A stretch of DNA of 64,000 bases from Rhynchobatus australiae (taxonomy: Eukaryota). The notes beneath the pieces were generated by a model. The model saw only the letters and a list, made by a program, of their open reading frames with translations. It had not been told where the DNA came from and ran no database searches. The number at the start of each line of letters is the position of its first letter. Within the stretch, counting starts at the first letter, position 1. The position numbers and the translations under genes were made by a program. This document shows, piece by piece, positions 63,092 to 64,000 of the stretch. The DNA is taken from the NCBI GenBank assembly GCA_034780895.1, contig JAUZTB010000127.1, forward strand, positions 29,771,807-29,835,806, given 5' to 3'.

Positions 63092-63258
63092 GATCGCACA
63101 ATTCTGAATGTCGCTCGTCAGCTGAACCTGGAAGACTATGTGTTGTCCTTGGAAGGAAGGAAAGATGATGCAAGGCCAAGGACAGTTCATGAAAACAGAC
63201 AACTGCTTCACGCCCGGGTTAAGGACTCGCTGCCTCCAATACTTCCTGAACACGAGAG
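63092..63258 (+). CDS. KIF19: KIF19-family exon (exon 15 equivalent), divergent tail region
   Basis: ttcttccag acceptor, gtaaca donor; 167 bp open in the expected phase, DRTILNVARQLNLEDYVLSLEG...KDSLPPILPEHE; ends in an LPP motif as in KIF19. Confidence 0.78.
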
Positions 63259-64000
63259 GTAACATTTGCAGGATGTGCCCCATGATAATTGCATGGACTC
63301 TGTTTAGAAAAAGCAGACACTGAGGCAACATCTAATGGAGACGTGAGAAATAGTTTTGCTGATGCACTTATTTCATTGGAAACTTGATTGCAAACTTTGA
63401 CGGACAATTGATCTGGGCAGTTGATGCTTCATCCAGTTTCTTTCATCAAAGCTTTGTGCATTTTCAGTCAAACCGATATTGTCAAATATGTTGAAGAAAA
63501 GATTGCTAAGCAAATCAAATTTCAAAATCACAAGCTATATTCTATCTACACCTTTCTGTTTACTTTTACTAAATAATTTAAGCAGTTGTCCCCTGTTAAG
63601 TGATTTTTTCTTTCACCCATACTGCAGATGTTACAGCCCAGATCGCACATGTTCACCTTCTGCATTATTTATCTTGTGGCACTTTTCCCAGTAAGTGAGC
63701 TCAAAGGAATAAAATCAATTTCTCCAGTGTTCCAAGAAAGAAAGCTGTTCAGACTCTTGCTGCAGTTACATTACAGGATTATCTTCTATGTTCATTTTGT
63801 TAAGTAAACAATTGCAACGTTAGTATGTGACCGAGACCACTAATGTTTTTATCAGTCAGGGTTACGGTGGGGTCTGGCTGCTGAATATTGCCAATAAGAG
63901 GAGAAACAATAGGGCATCTTGCAACATCTAGGTCAAATCCATTGCAAATCATGGGTTTCAGATTCCTGTGCAGTTCTTAAGCGATTGGCTAGGCTTGCCA

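Overview
Eukaryotic (vertebrate) genomic DNA from a gappy draft assembly. The repeat content (CR1/HER1-type LINEs, V-SINEs, DeuSINEs, Penelope-like elements) points to a cartilaginous fish, probably a ray; this is inference. The window is dominated by one + strand multi-exon kinesin-8 gene of the KIF19 family. I traced 13 consecutive GT-AG exons (16822-63258), equivalent to human KIF19 exons 3-15, with continuous reading phase. They cover the motor domain (P-loop GPTGAGKT, switch I SSRSH, switch II DLAGSER), neck and stalk. Exons 1-2 were not found and the 3' exons lie beyond the window. Introns are filled with decayed retroposons. No prokaryote-type system or CRISPR is present, and I cannot claim a demonstrably new biological system. 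The most notable observations are: Penelope-derived elements carrying minimal hammerhead-ribozyme cores (one fully palindromic); a 51-bp copy of a KIF19 exon segment inserted 2 kb downstream; an RTE LINE with twin-priming-like 5' inversion; a LINE with a tRNA-like 5' head directly before its endonuclease; an internally deleted CR1; and an inverted pair of LTR-like sequences. All repeat-family names come from recalled motif similarity, not database searches, and repeat boundaries are approximate.
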